Positions 14,041 to 25,990 of a DNA stretch of 64,000 bases are shown piece by piece (position 1 is the stretch's first letter; every line of letters begins with the position of its first letter). The notes beneath the pieces were generated by a model. The model made no database searches, was not told where the DNA came from, and worked only from the letters and a program-made list of their open reading frames with translations. A program made the position numbers and the translations under genes. This DNA comes from Octopus vulgaris (taxonomy: Eukaryota), in contig OX597821.1 in NCBI GenBank assembly GCA_951406725.2, positions 8,990,001-9,054,000 on the forward strand, written 5' to 3'.

Positions 14041-14181
14041 TTATGACTCGATAATTCCTAAAGAAGCAGCTGTAATAGTTATGTCTGTATCTTTTTCTTG
14101 GGAAACCAATAAACCGAGCAGGAAGGCATTTCCATTACTACAAAAATCAAGGCAGCAAATTCCAACTTCTCATTATCGAAT
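14041..14181 (-). CDS. Candidate terminal exon of the minus-strand membrane-protein gene
   Basis: Pyrimidine tract tttctgtttattcttgataag; one frame (14169-14041) reads EVGICCLDFCSNGNAFLLGLLVSQEKDTDITITAASLGIIES*, while the phase-compatible frame reads FDNEKLEFAALIFVVMEMPSCSVYWFPKKKIQT*; frame unresolved. Confidence 0.25.
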
Positions 14182-14429
14182 CTTATCAAGAATAAACAGA
14201 AAGTTCAGTAATATTCTATACAGGGCATCGGCATCATAGAATCGTTTTAGCTTTTCATTATGTTTACTTTCGTTCTCAATACAAATCTCAAGATTTTAAC
14301 ATTCAGGGGTCGATAACTAAAGTACCAGTAAAGTAATGATATCGGCGTAATCAACTAAACTGCACCCTTTAAATATTGACTCATGTCTACATTTGAAACA
14401 TTTTGAATATTTCGCTATATGATGTTTAC

Positions 14430-14497
14430 TTATCCTTCAGTAATAATACATGTAGTTCAATCCTTTTGCAATTCTTTATATAATATATATAGTTTTC
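14430..14497 (-). CDS. Candidate internal exon (68 nt, phase 0 to 2) ENYIYYIKNCKRIELHVLLLKD
   Basis: tcctag|...|gtaaac, open in phase with the upstream candidate exon; acceptor is weak. Confidence 0.3.
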
Positions 14498-14855
14498 CTA
14501 GGACATTGTCGAGGTATGAAAGGTCTTTTCGGAAATACCCCTACTGTTTCCCCCTCATAAATTTAACTTAACACTTTTACGCTTTTGATAAAGCTGGAGC
14601 ATCATCCTTTAATGTAGGAACCATGACAGCATGAAATATCCATGGGGGTTAAACTCTTTTTCTCTGGGTACTTGAATACATCATGATGGGAAATGTTATT
14701 TTCAACTACTTCTTACATTTGAATCGTTCTTTGAACAATGATATATCAGTTTTCGTGGAAAGAAACAATGTAGTTATTAAGAAGAAGAATTATAACGAAT
14801 GCATGCAAAGTTTCTCACAATTAAATATCTCTCCAGCATCATCAACCTAAGAGTA

Positions 14856-15323
14856 AGGCGGCGAGCTGGCAGAATCGTTGGCACGCCGGGCGAAATGCTT
14901 TGTGGTATTTCGTCCGCCGCTGCGTTCTGAGTTCAAATTCCGCCGAGGTCGACTTTGCCTTTCATCCTTTCGGGGTCGATGAACAAGTTATATGCCAAAA
15001 CCAATAATATATACATTGAATCAATAAAAAAAATATCGACTCCAGCACATACGTTGAGTGAGTATATATTTGTCTTGCACTTTTCCACCGCTGATCAACT
15101 TGCATGTGACCGAATTTGTCTCCTCTGTGTTTGGCCGCTTGTGGGTAGTAAATAAATAGGTATTTCGTCTGTCTTTACGTTCTGAGTTCAAATTCCTCTG
15201 AGGTCGACTTTTCCTTTTATCCTTCCGGAGTCGATAAATTGAGTACCAGTTGCGTACCGGGGTCAGTATAATCGACTGGCCCTCTCACCAAAATGTCGGG
15301 CTTCGTGCATAGAGTAGAAAAGA
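14856..15323 (+). mobile_element. SINE pieces (14856-14983, 15158-15323) flanking a duplicate of the Tc1-like element 5' region
   Basis: SINE consensus motifs; 14982-15112 duplicates 15622-15752. Confidence 0.75.
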
Positions 15324-15619
15324 AATCATCAGCCTATGAACATATCAGTCCAACTACCTAAGAAGGAGAGAGTTACTCCCCTGCAATTATAAATGCTTAT
15401 AAGTATCACTGAACTCAGGGGATATAACTGTTCCTTACTTCGTCTAAATATTTTTTTCGTTTTTTTTTTTCATTTCTATTTCTGCTCTGAAATGTTTTCC
15501 TTCTATATAGTGCAACCCACCTTTCATGAACAGGAGGCTCTGAGTCTTGATCAACGTTACCTAAAGACACGTCGATATTGTCAAGTGCTAATATTCAGCA
15601 CGAAACGAACAACAATATT

Positions 15620-16945
15620 CTAACAAGTTATAATTCGAAAACCAATAATATATACGTTGAATCAATAAAAAAATATCGACTCCAGCACATACGTTGTGTG
15701 AGTATTTAGTTGTGTTTCACTTTTCCACCGCTGATCAACTTGCATGTGACCGAAAGAGAAGTGTGGACCTCTCAGCTTATCAAAAGTACCTGAGAAAAGA
15801 TACGGCGAAATTCTTCTCGTTCCCTCAGAAAAATGGCTGTCACAATAAAAATAAGCCGAATATCGATGTATCGAGTGCTGAAGGATGATCTCACGATCCA
15901 CCTCTACAAGAAGACCCACTGTCATGAGCTCAGGCAAGTTTATAAAGCCATGATATTGGGGAGAAGTCGTCTTATCCTGATTTACTTTAGGTGGCGAGCT
16001 GGTAGAAACGTTAGCACTCCGGGCGAAATGCTTAGCGGTATCTCATCTGCCGTTACGTTCTGAGTTCAAATTCCGCCGAGGTTGACTTTGCTTTTCATCC
16101 TTTCGGGGTCGATAAATTAAGTACCAGTTATGCACTGGGGTCGACGTAATCGACTTAATCCGTTTGTCTGTCCTTGTTTGTCCTGTCTGTGTTTGGTCCC
16201 TTGTGGGTAGTAAAGAAATATGTTTCATCTGCCGTTACGTACTGAGTTCAAATTCCGCCGTAGTCGACTTTGCTTTTCATCCTTTCGGGGTCGATAAATA
16301 AAGTACCAGTTACACACTGGGGTCGATGTAATCGATTAAATCCCTTTATCTGTCCTTGTTTGTCCTCTTTATGTTTAGCCCCTTGTGGGCAATAAAGAAA
16401 AAATATATCCTGCGTTACTTTACTAAAAAGCACGCTGGTCAACCAGATATTTACTGATGAAAAGAAGTGCATCTGGCACTGTTGAAGGTAGACTTATAAA
16501 ATGACTTTCAAATGCCATAATAAGGTATGACGTTGCGAGTTGTGACAGTGAAGGTTTCCCCTCCTTTTTGTGTTCTCAGTAGTTAAAATTAAAACACAGC
16601 GATAGATTAACCTCATTTTGGAAGCTGAACTGCTTCTCTGGGTGAATGAGAGCATTCACGATGTACCTAGGGTCGTCCAACAGGACTCAGCCACATTCCA
16701 CAGGTCCAACACTGGATTCAGAAAATACTCCATTGCTCTTAGGCAAATATGTATGACTCTAGAGAAGCCCCGATCTCAAGCTCCGTTGGAATGTTCTCTT
16801 ACGTCCATTTCAGAGACGAGGGTTACGAGCACTCTACATGCTTCGCTTGATACTCTGAAGGCAAAACTGCGCCAGGAATGAACTTCGATTCGGCAAGAAT
16901 AGCTAAGTATAGCGTGTGAAGCATTGGCACCTAGACTTTACCAAT
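15620..16945 (+). mobile_element. Decayed Tc1/maT-like transposase, split by a tandem SINE insertion
   Basis: RKMAVTIKISRISMYRVLKDDL (HTH), IFTDEK, VQQDSA.FH and SPDLK.L motifs. Confidence 0.6.
15989..16400 (+). mobile_element. Head-to-tail SINE pair (second copy lacks the 5' head)
   Basis: Two successive gagttcaaattccgccg...gtaccagtt...ttgtggg units. Confidence 0.85.
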
Positions 16946-17046
16946 GCATATATATATATATGTAGGTCCCGGGTTGAGTCGGGGTTAACCACAGTAAATA
17001 AGGTACTCAATACATAGCGGAGTAAATTAATTTATTTTATAGAAGG

Positions 17047-17094
17047 AGCTTCTACAGGACTAGAACTGTTTCATTCAAATGAAATCATCAGGAA

Positions 17095-17097
<3 letters not shown>
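17047..17097 (-). ncRNA. Minimal type I hammerhead ribozyme in a 137-bp (TA)n-flanked cassette (16961-17097)
   Basis: Minus strand: ggcttc-CUGAUGA-uuuc auuu gaau-GAAA-cag uucuaguc cug-UA-gaagcu; all core residues present, GUA cleavage triplet. Confidence 0.85.
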
Positions 17098-17126
<29 letters not shown>

Positions 17127-17132
<6 letters not shown>

Positions 17133-18386
17133 GTCATCCTGTAAGTTCTGTCCGATTTTACCTTTAATAGTATTTTAGTATTTTAGAATGTCTTAATGGA
17201 ATTAGAAATCATTTTTATGCATTTGTGTACATTTAAACTAATTAAATATTATTTTACAAAATAATAGAATTAAAATTTCGTTGATTAAAACACTTTCTAA
17301 CATGGAAGTATCTAAAGAGCATTTGAGGCACATAATGCGTTATGAGAACAAAAAAAAGGTAACTCTGTAGCCGAAGCAACTGGAAACATACTCTCAGTTT
17401 ATAGGAAAGAATGCTTGAATGAAAGAACTTGCAGAAGATGGCTTGCAAAATTCAGAAGTGGAGATTTCAGCCTTGAAGTTGAAGATTGAACAGGACGTCA
17501 AGTTGAGTTTGATGATAAGCTCTTTGAGGCATTACTTGAAGAAAATCACGTATTATCAGTTGAAGAATTGGCAATAAAGTTTAGTTCAAACCATTCAACT
17601 GTTCATCGTCATGTTCAACAACTTGGAAAGCATCCTAAACTTGGAAAATGGGTGCCTCATGAATTGTCCGAAAGCAACCAAAAATCCTGAGTTGACATCT
17701 GCTCTTCTCTCTATTCTCGCGAACTCATTTCACCCTTTTTGGATAGACTTGTGACCGGTGACGAAAATGGATCTTCTATCGAAATGTTAAACGTCGTCAA
17801 CAGTGGCTTGGTGAAAGGGAAAAAGCTCAACCACAACCGAGAAAGGAACTTCATGGAAAAAAGGTTCTTCTCTCTATCTGGTAGAATTGCAAAGTAGTAA
17901 TTCACGTTGAATTGCTACCACGTAATGCAACAATCAATGCTCAAGTCTACTGAACCAAGCTTTGAAGTAAAAAAGACCCACCTTAGTGAACCGAAAAGGA
18001 GTGATGTTTCATCAGGACAATGCGCGACCCCACACTGCAAAGATTACATCACAGAAGTTCGAAGAGCTTGGTTGGGAAAAAATCCCCCATCCACCTTATT
18101 CTCTCGACCTTGCTCCTTCAGACTACCATTTGTTTCGTACTTTACAGAATCATTTGGGGGACGTAACTTTCGCAAGCCAGGAGGAGGTCGAAACTGACAT
18201 TTCAGAGTTCTTCGCTTTGAAACCCCAAAAGTTTTACATTGATGGGATTTAAAAGCTTGTAAATAGAAGGAAGGAAGTCATAGATAATCAGGGAAAGTAC
18301 ATTGATGATTACATTTCAACTAAATATAAGATTTGATTACTTGTTTTCCTTATACAAAATTCGGACAGAATTTATGGGAACTTATA
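17127..18386 (+). mobile_element. Full-length mariner transposon (DD34D), inactivated transposase at about 17302-18308
   Basis: TIRs gaggtcatcctgtaagttctgtccgatttt / aaaattcggacagaatttatgggaactt in TA context; MEVSKEHLRH, WVPHEL, TGDE, HQDNARPH and HPPYSLDLAPSDYHLF motifs with stops and frameshifts. Confidence 0.92.
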
Positions 18387-18429
18387 TATATATATACATA
18401 TATGTACATGTATATATATATATCTTCTT

Positions 18430-19335
18430 GATAGCACTGCCTAACCAGGGATCTCTGGAAGTTGTCCATAGGTCCCGGCCCGAAATCGTCATGAACAGGC
18501 GTGTCAGGTATTCCTCGTCGACGCCCAGCTTCGCCCAGCTTCGCCCAGCTTCGCCCAGCTTCGCCCAGCTTCGCCCAGCTTCGCCCAGCTTCGCCCAGCT
18601 TCGCCCAGCTTCGCCCAGCTTCGCCCAGAGATCGTCGTCGTACCTCCCCTCCACTAATCACCAATAGAATGCTGATCCGGGACTGCAGATTTGCTCGAGA
18701 GCAACTTGAGACTCGCGGTGCCATCCGCCCTTCCTCGGCCTCTTCTTGATCCACGACTGCAGCTCAGTTATGGAGACAAGCTGCGAGAAAGCGCGCCTCA
18801 CAAACGGCTCACCGTCATCCACGGAGAGCCGGAGATGTCGCAGTCACAGCGCTTGACTGCGCATCATCAACTGCGGCATGCCCAGCTCTTCTTTCAGCGG
18901 GTTTTCGTGGCCACCCTTGTCGTTATCTGGTCCCAGTTCTTCCCCGTTTGGAGGTCCGGACCTCACCAGACGCCGAGGAACATAACCGGTCCGTCCGTCC
19001 AGCATCCAACTACTGAGGCGCTGCCGGACGGCATGGGTTTGCTTCTCCAGGTGCCAAGCACCTGAGCCCACCGATTTTCCAGGTTGATTTTCGCTCCCGT
19101 CACAGCTTCATAGTCTTTCAGCGTCTAGCCTAGCAGCTCGATGTGCTTGTGGCTAGACACTATGACCGTTACGCTCGTCCCGCTCGTCCCGCACCCCAGT
19201 TCTTGGGGGATGCCCCTCAGCGTCGCCAGCTTCCGCAGTAGTGGCTCGAGTGTCAATACGTACAGAAGCGACGAGAGGGGGCATTACTGACGGTCCGAAC
19301 GTACAATGTCGAAAGGTCTCGATAGATGCCCATTC
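18430..19335 (-). mobile_element. Tx1/L1-clade LINE RT and post-RT fragment (GC-rich)
   Basis: LSRPFDIVRSDRQ, VTVIVS...LKDYEAVTGAKINLE, LGTWRSKPMPS...WTDGPVMFLGVW*GPDLQ..KNW. Confidence 0.8.
18522..18627. repeat. 10-bp minisatellite (ttcgcccagc)x~10.5
   Basis: Perfect tandem decamer. Confidence 0.95.
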
Positions 19336-20562
19336 ACACACACACACACAGATACACAGACACACAGACACACACACACACACACACACATTCACACACA
19401 TAAACATCTATGGTTTTAATGACGTAAATATATACACTCCATCTAAATGAGAACGTCTGATTGATGCATCTTGCTTTCACACGATGGCTGCGGGTTCTCT
19501 TTTAGTATTTCCCTATCGAGACACATTGTTTTTTCTCTATTTCATCCTGTCGATACAATAAGTTTTAAGGGACAGAATTATGCCGAACTATTGTGTCTAT
19601 GTATGTATGTGTGTATGTATGTATGTATGTATGTATGTATGTATGTATGTATGTATGTATGTATGTATGTATGTATGTATGTATGTATGTATGTGTGTGT
19701 GTATGTATGTATGTATGTATATATGTATGTATATATGTATGTATATATGTATGTATATATGTATGTTGTATCTGTCTGCCTGTTTGTTTGTGTGTCTGTC
19801 CGTTTGTCTGTCAGTCTGTCTGTCTGTCCCTCATTGTCTGTGAGTTAGAGCGTGTGTGTATGCTTGCGTGAGCGCCCGCGTGCGAATGTGCACGCCACTG
19901 CGTGTATTTGTGAGTGCATACATATATACACAGAAGCCACCCAGCCCCCCGCACACATAGAGTCTCTTGCTTGGGAAGCATGTAATAGACTTGATAAGAT
20001 TTGGCACTCAAACCATCCACCCACGTTAAAAGTAAAAAAAAAAATATTTTGAACACTGATTGAGCAGGTCCTTCTTTATGGATCAGAGACCTGTACTTTA
20101 TTGGCTGTCTAAGAAAAACAATTAGATGGAACATATACAAACCTGCACAGAAAAATGAAAATCTGATACCAGTATCGCTCAATCTAAATCAGAAACAGCT
20201 ACAATCTGCTGGCTAATGCCATCGAGCAGAGAAGTAATTCTATATTTCTTCGTTCGGTTTTTGCATAATATTTATTCGCCATTAAAGTTTTTGCACTAAA
20301 ATTTCATATTTCGTCACCACCAACTTATACCAGAATGTACGTAGCTCTCGTGATGAAGGTATTCTGCGGTTCAGGTGATGATGCCTGAAGTGATGCCAAT
20401 GTTTTCATGTGTCAGTATATTACCAGAGACTGACAACAATATTCTGACACTTTATACATTTTCATCGGCTGCAGCACTTTTTTGCACACATTCAGACGAA
20501 GAGATACACAGACAGATAGACAAACAAACAGATAGATAGATAGATCGATCGATCGATCGATC

Positions 20563-20705
<143 letters not shown>

Positions 20706-20784
20706 CGGTGTGATTTTGGTCTCTGAAAACTTGTAGCGATAGGGTAAAAGACGCGCGTACTCATTGCGATGCGCAGACACATCA

Positions 20785-21290
20785 TCATCCTTCGACCATC
20801 CTATGGTTAGTCGAAACTTCATTGATAACCCTCTCCCACATTACACTGTCCTTCATTACTGTGTTTAGATCTCTAATATCCAGCCTTAAGTCCCGAGATA
20901 TAGCATCTCGAAACTTCAATATACTGGAGGAAAAACTTCCAGAGGGATACCATATGAGCAGGGAGAGGTAACATCTTTCTCTGCTCGATGACATTGGCTA
21001 GCAAATTATAGCCGTTTCTGTTTTAGCTTGAGAGATATTGGTATCAGCTTTCCATAGGTGTTACTAAGTGTTGAGTGTGATGCCCGACTGATGTTCTGTA
21101 TCTTTCTGAGCAGGTTGGTATGTGTTCCATCTAGTGGATTTTCTTAGACAGTCGATAACGTCCAGGTCTCTGATCCATAAAGATGGACCGGCTCAATCAG
21201 TGTTCTAAATATCTTTCTACTTTTAAGATGGGTGGAAGTTTTGAGTGCCAAATCTTATCCAGTCTATTACATGCTTCCCAAACAAGCGCC
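20785..21290 (-). mobile_element. RTE-type LINE 3' region
   Basis: WEACNRLDKIWHSKL, IEPV.LYGSETWT, LDGTHT, RL.FA.QCHRAE, ISRDLRL...W motifs across frames. Confidence 0.75.
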
Positions 21291-21323
21291 TCTATGTGTG
21301 CGTTTGTGTGTGTGCGTGGGCTA

Positions 21324-21386
<63 letters not shown>

Positions 21387-21391
<5 letters not shown>

Positions 21392-21610
21392 ATCACGTGA
21401 CCGACCAGACCATCAGATGTTGTTACACATCGCTGGTCACAATGCGTTCGCATTGTTTTAGCCTTCGAATGACGCCACCCCGCTGGCTAAGCGAGCAGGC
21501 CAACAAAAGAAAGAGTGGGAGAAAGAGTGGTGAAAGAGTACAGCAGGGATCACCACTCCCTGCCGGAGCCTCGTGGAGCTTTTAGGTGTTTTCGCTCAAT
21601 AAACACTCAC
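21387..21610 (-). mobile_element. 5'-truncated SINE-like dispersed repeat next to (TA)n
   Basis: GC-richer 220-bp insert ending in gtgttttcgctcaataaacac, a CORE-like box in reverse; tRNA head absent. Confidence 0.45.
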
Positions 21611-22767
21611 TGATGAACAGAGAGATAGACAGACAGATTAAAATATAGATAGATTGGTAGATAGATAGATAGACAGATAGATAGATACGTACATATATAC
21701 ATGCTTACATACATATACACACATACATACATGCATACATGCACATATACATACATACACACATACGTACATACATACATACATACATACATACATACAT
21801 ACATACATACATAATAGTTGTGTATAATTGAGTGTCTTTGAACTTATTGTATTGATAGGATGAAACAGAGAAAAAAACAATATATCTCGATAGGGAAATA
21901 GTAAACAAGACACACACAGCTATCGTGAGAGGCAAAATGCATCAATTAGACATTCTCATTTAGAGTGTATATGTTTGCGTCATAGATGTGTGTGTGTGTG
22001 TGTGTGTGTATTTGTGTGTGTTTTGTGTGTGTGTATGTGTGTGTCCGTGTGTAAGTGTAAATGGGTGGATGATTAGATGAAGAGAATGGCGAGATATGTT
22101 GATTCTCCTTTGTATCGTATTTAACAAAGTATCATTCGATTCGCTTCAAGGGAAGTAACTCTATATTTCTTCATTCGATTTTTGCATAACTTCTCGTTCG
22201 CCATTAAAGTTTTTGCTATAAAATATCATTTCATATTTCGTCACCACCAACTGAACCCAGAATGTAAGTACCTCTCGTGCTGAAGACACTCTGCGATTGC
22301 AGTGTTGATGCCTGAAGCGATGACAATATTTTCGCGTGTCAGTATGCTACCCGAGACAGACAACGATATTCTGACTCTTTATAAACTTAAACCGGCTGCA
22401 GCACGTTTTCTGCACAGATTCAGGCAGACAGATAGACAGACAGACAGACATATAGATAAATACTACAGGATCCTGCATTGCTGTGTTCAGAGAAAACACT
22501 TCCAGATGGATACCATACGTGCAGGGATGAAAGAAACTCTTTCTCTGCTCGGTGGCATTGGCCAGCAAATTGCAGCCGTTTCTGTTTTAGATTGGCGGAC
22601 ATTGGTATCAGATTTCCACAGGTGTTACTAAGTGTTGGGTGTTATCTCCAACTGATCTGTATTTTTCTGAGCAGATTGGTATATGTTCCATCAAGTTGTT
22701 TTTCTTAGACAGCAGATAAGATCCAGGTCTCTTCATCTAATCATCCACCCATTTACACTCACACACG

Positions 22768-22817
<50 letters not shown>

Positions 22818-22923
22818 ACCCCCCACACACACACACAAACACACACTCAGATACAAACACACAGAGACACATACACAAACACAGACACAGACACAAACAC
22901 AGACACACACACACACACACACA

Positions 22924-22958
<35 letters not shown>

Positions 22959-23228
22959 ACACATGCGCGCGAAAATGTTGGCATCGCTTCGGGCATCATC
23001 CCCCGAACCGCAGAGTATCTTCTGCAAGAGAGATACGTACATTCTGGATTCAGTTTGTGGTGACGAAATATGAAATCTTAGTGCAAATGAAAAATTATGC
23101 AAAAACCGAACGAAGGAATGTAGAGTTATTTCCCTTGAAATGAATCTAGTTATCCCCATGTTAAACAAGATAGAAAAGAGAATCAACATAACTCGTCATT
23201 CTTTTCATCTAATCGTCCACCTTTTACA

Positions 23229-23280
<52 letters not shown>

Positions 23281-23495
23281 TCTAAGTGTTGGGTGTGATC
23301 TCCAACTGATGTTCTGTATCTTTCTGAGCAGGTTTGTATGTGTTCCATCTAGTGGATTTTCTCAGACAGCCGAAAACGTCCAGGTCTCTGATCCATAAAG
23401 TGTTCAAAATATCTTTTTACTTTGAACATGGGTGGAAGGTTTGAGCACTAGATACATACATACATACGTACATACGTACATACATACATACACAC

Positions 23496-23526
<31 letters not shown>

Positions 23527-23704
23527 CATACATACACACTTACATACATACATACATACATACATGCATACATACATACATAATACATACATACATACGC
23601 ACATAAATACATACAGGAAGAATTAAGAAATATCTGCATCATAGGACGTCAGTAGTTAGCAATTTCATCGTTGAAGAGAGTGTGAAGAGAATTTGAAAGC
23701 ATAC

Positions 23705-23752
23705 GTTATATAATGGACAGGGTCCATCGAAAAGAGAATAGTACAAGTCTAT
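23705..23752 (-). CDS. Candidate internal exon (48 nt, phase 0 to 0) IDLYYSLFDGPCPLYN
   Basis: tattttag|...|gtatgc; the only open frame matches the phase of both neighbours. Confidence 0.45.
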
Positions 23753-24068
23753 CTAAAATATTTGGCGCCTCAAAAGAAACGATACTAATTTCTCCATCTC
23801 TTGGATAATCCTATCTTCTTCTCCTTCTTATATAAGTAATAATAAAATTTGTAGGTTATGTTTAGAAGGAAGCTATAACATAATGCGAAGGAATGGAAAT
23901 TAGGTTAATACTACGGATGAGAAAGTTTTTCTCATGTAAGCACATGACCAAATTCCTATTCATCAATCTAAAATAACTGTTCACTTACCTTTTACTTAGT
24001 TTGATATTAAAAAATATATAACTATATTTTACTATCCATCACACCAACTTTACATTACTATATCTTAC

Positions 24069-24103
24069 ACTATATTGGTACATTTTTTCTTCAACTTTTC
24101 CTT
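24069..24103 (-). CDS. Candidate internal exon (35 nt, phase 1 to 0) EGKVEEKMYQYS
   Basis: gtttattcag|...|gtaaga; bridges the phase-1 exon 45884-45925 to the phase-0 exon 23705-23752. Confidence 0.4.
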
Positions 24104-25069
24104 CTGAATAAACACCATATATAGTGGTGTGTTATAAGTTATTATTATTCCTTATATGATAATTTATATTTATTAATTGGTACTTATAAAATTTTATTCT
24201 CTTTATTTATAATCCATTTATAAAGCTTGTATTAGTATGTATTAGTATACAGCTTGTATTTGTATGTATTAGAATACATACAAAGATCATGAGGGTAGGG
24301 TTGTTTTAGAGAAATGGAAACTATGTAACTTAGATACTATTATCTATACTTTATCAGGTTTTGAATGTTAATTAAGGGTATTTAGAATAACTTTCATGGG
24401 GATATTCCTAGTAAATAAGGTATAAATTGACGCACATACCAAAATCTTTAAAGTTTAATGGAAGGGAGGCAACCAAGATGTAAGTTTCTAAAATAAGAAA
24501 TATTTAAATTTAGTATTAAGAGTGAAATGTAGCTATATGGGAAAATACAACTTTGGAACGTTGTTTATTAATTCGTCTCTTTTCATTTGTTTCACTCATT
24601 TGACTGCGGCCATAAAATTTACCATATTTTGATTTTATGTCCCGGATTCATATAGGTACCTTTAGAGCAGTCAAAAGACTCTGCAAATTCGTCATAGTTC
24701 CGCAATGGCACTTGGACACTGAAAGTCAAAAGATTAATATTTATAATCATTGTAATGAAACACTTGTACATGAATATTGCATACGTGAAGGAGATTGTGT
24801 ATTTATGATTAACTTTTAGTTAGTAAAATAAATGTGCTGTAAGTTTTATTCTGTGAATCAATATGTGATTTCGAAGACAGCCGTTAATATGTAGACAGTC
24901 AAATGAATTGATGGGTGCCACTGCAATGCAATGTTTCCTATAAAATTTCACACCTTCTCTATTTTTCTCTCTTCATCTTCTTTTCTCTTCCTTTTCACAA
25001 TTACTAATATGTCATTTTACTTTTCATCAAATACATATTTTCAGCCATTTATACCAAAGTGTTGTCACA

Positions 25070-25186
25070 GCAATATGAAATGAACTGCTTTGCTAAAGGA
25101 CACCACGCTCTACCTGGATCAGGAATTGAAACTACGATCTCGCGGTCGTACGTGCAATACCCTAACCACTGGGCCATGCGATTTCA
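25070..25186 (-). mobile_element. tRNA head and CORE part of a SINE
   Basis: tgctaaaggacaccacgc...ggaattgaaactacgatc...ccctaaccactgggcc is the reverse of the A/B boxes and CORE box. Confidence 0.7.
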
Positions 25187-25209
25187 TCCATCCATCCATC
25201 CCTCCATCC

Positions 25210-25338
<129 letters not shown>

Positions 25339-25739
25339 GATGTATGTATATGTACATACATATGTACATACATCAGTCTCCCTAAATAGCTGACAAACTT
25401 TAAATCTCGTTTGAAACCCACATTGGAATATATTCTACAACGTAAGGAAGGTTGATCTTGCTGCACACCCTAACATCAGATATCAATTTCAGAGAAACAT
25501 CCATCGATTGATTACTCAAGAGTAAGAAACCTACTGAAAGATACTAGCTCACAGTTTTAAAGGTATTCAGTTACATGATTGTGCCAATTCCTACACCCCA
25601 CCATTACCTTACCCACGTCTTGTTGATTATCTGCCTCCATCGAATGAGGACTAGTTTGTGAGTAATAGCGGTAGTTGTGAAAAGAGAGATTGTTAGTAAT
25701 TTCATCTACTGCAGGATAGTGCGTGACTTCATGGTCACC

Positions 25740-25804
<65 letters not shown>

Positions 25805-25805
<1 letters not shown>

Positions 25806-25990
25806 CGTTATATAATTAGGGCTCAGTAAAATAACTTACTTTGCCACATACTGAATTTTTAGAAATAGCAGCCAAAATGTATATTTAGCCATTTCTACTA
25901 CTTTAAGAAAAGTCTCCCAGATAGTGTTTAATCAAAAATAATTCACGTAGATATGGAGAGAAAACAGCAAAATATCACATGTACAAAGAG
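25805..25990. mobile_element. (TA)n-anchored element terminus containing one inverted satellite monomer (25923-25989)
   Basis: About 120 bp of non-satellite sequence runs directly into agtgtttaatcaaaaataattcacgtagatatggagagaaaacagcaaaatatcacatgtacaaaga, the reverse complement of the array monomer. Confidence 0.7.
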
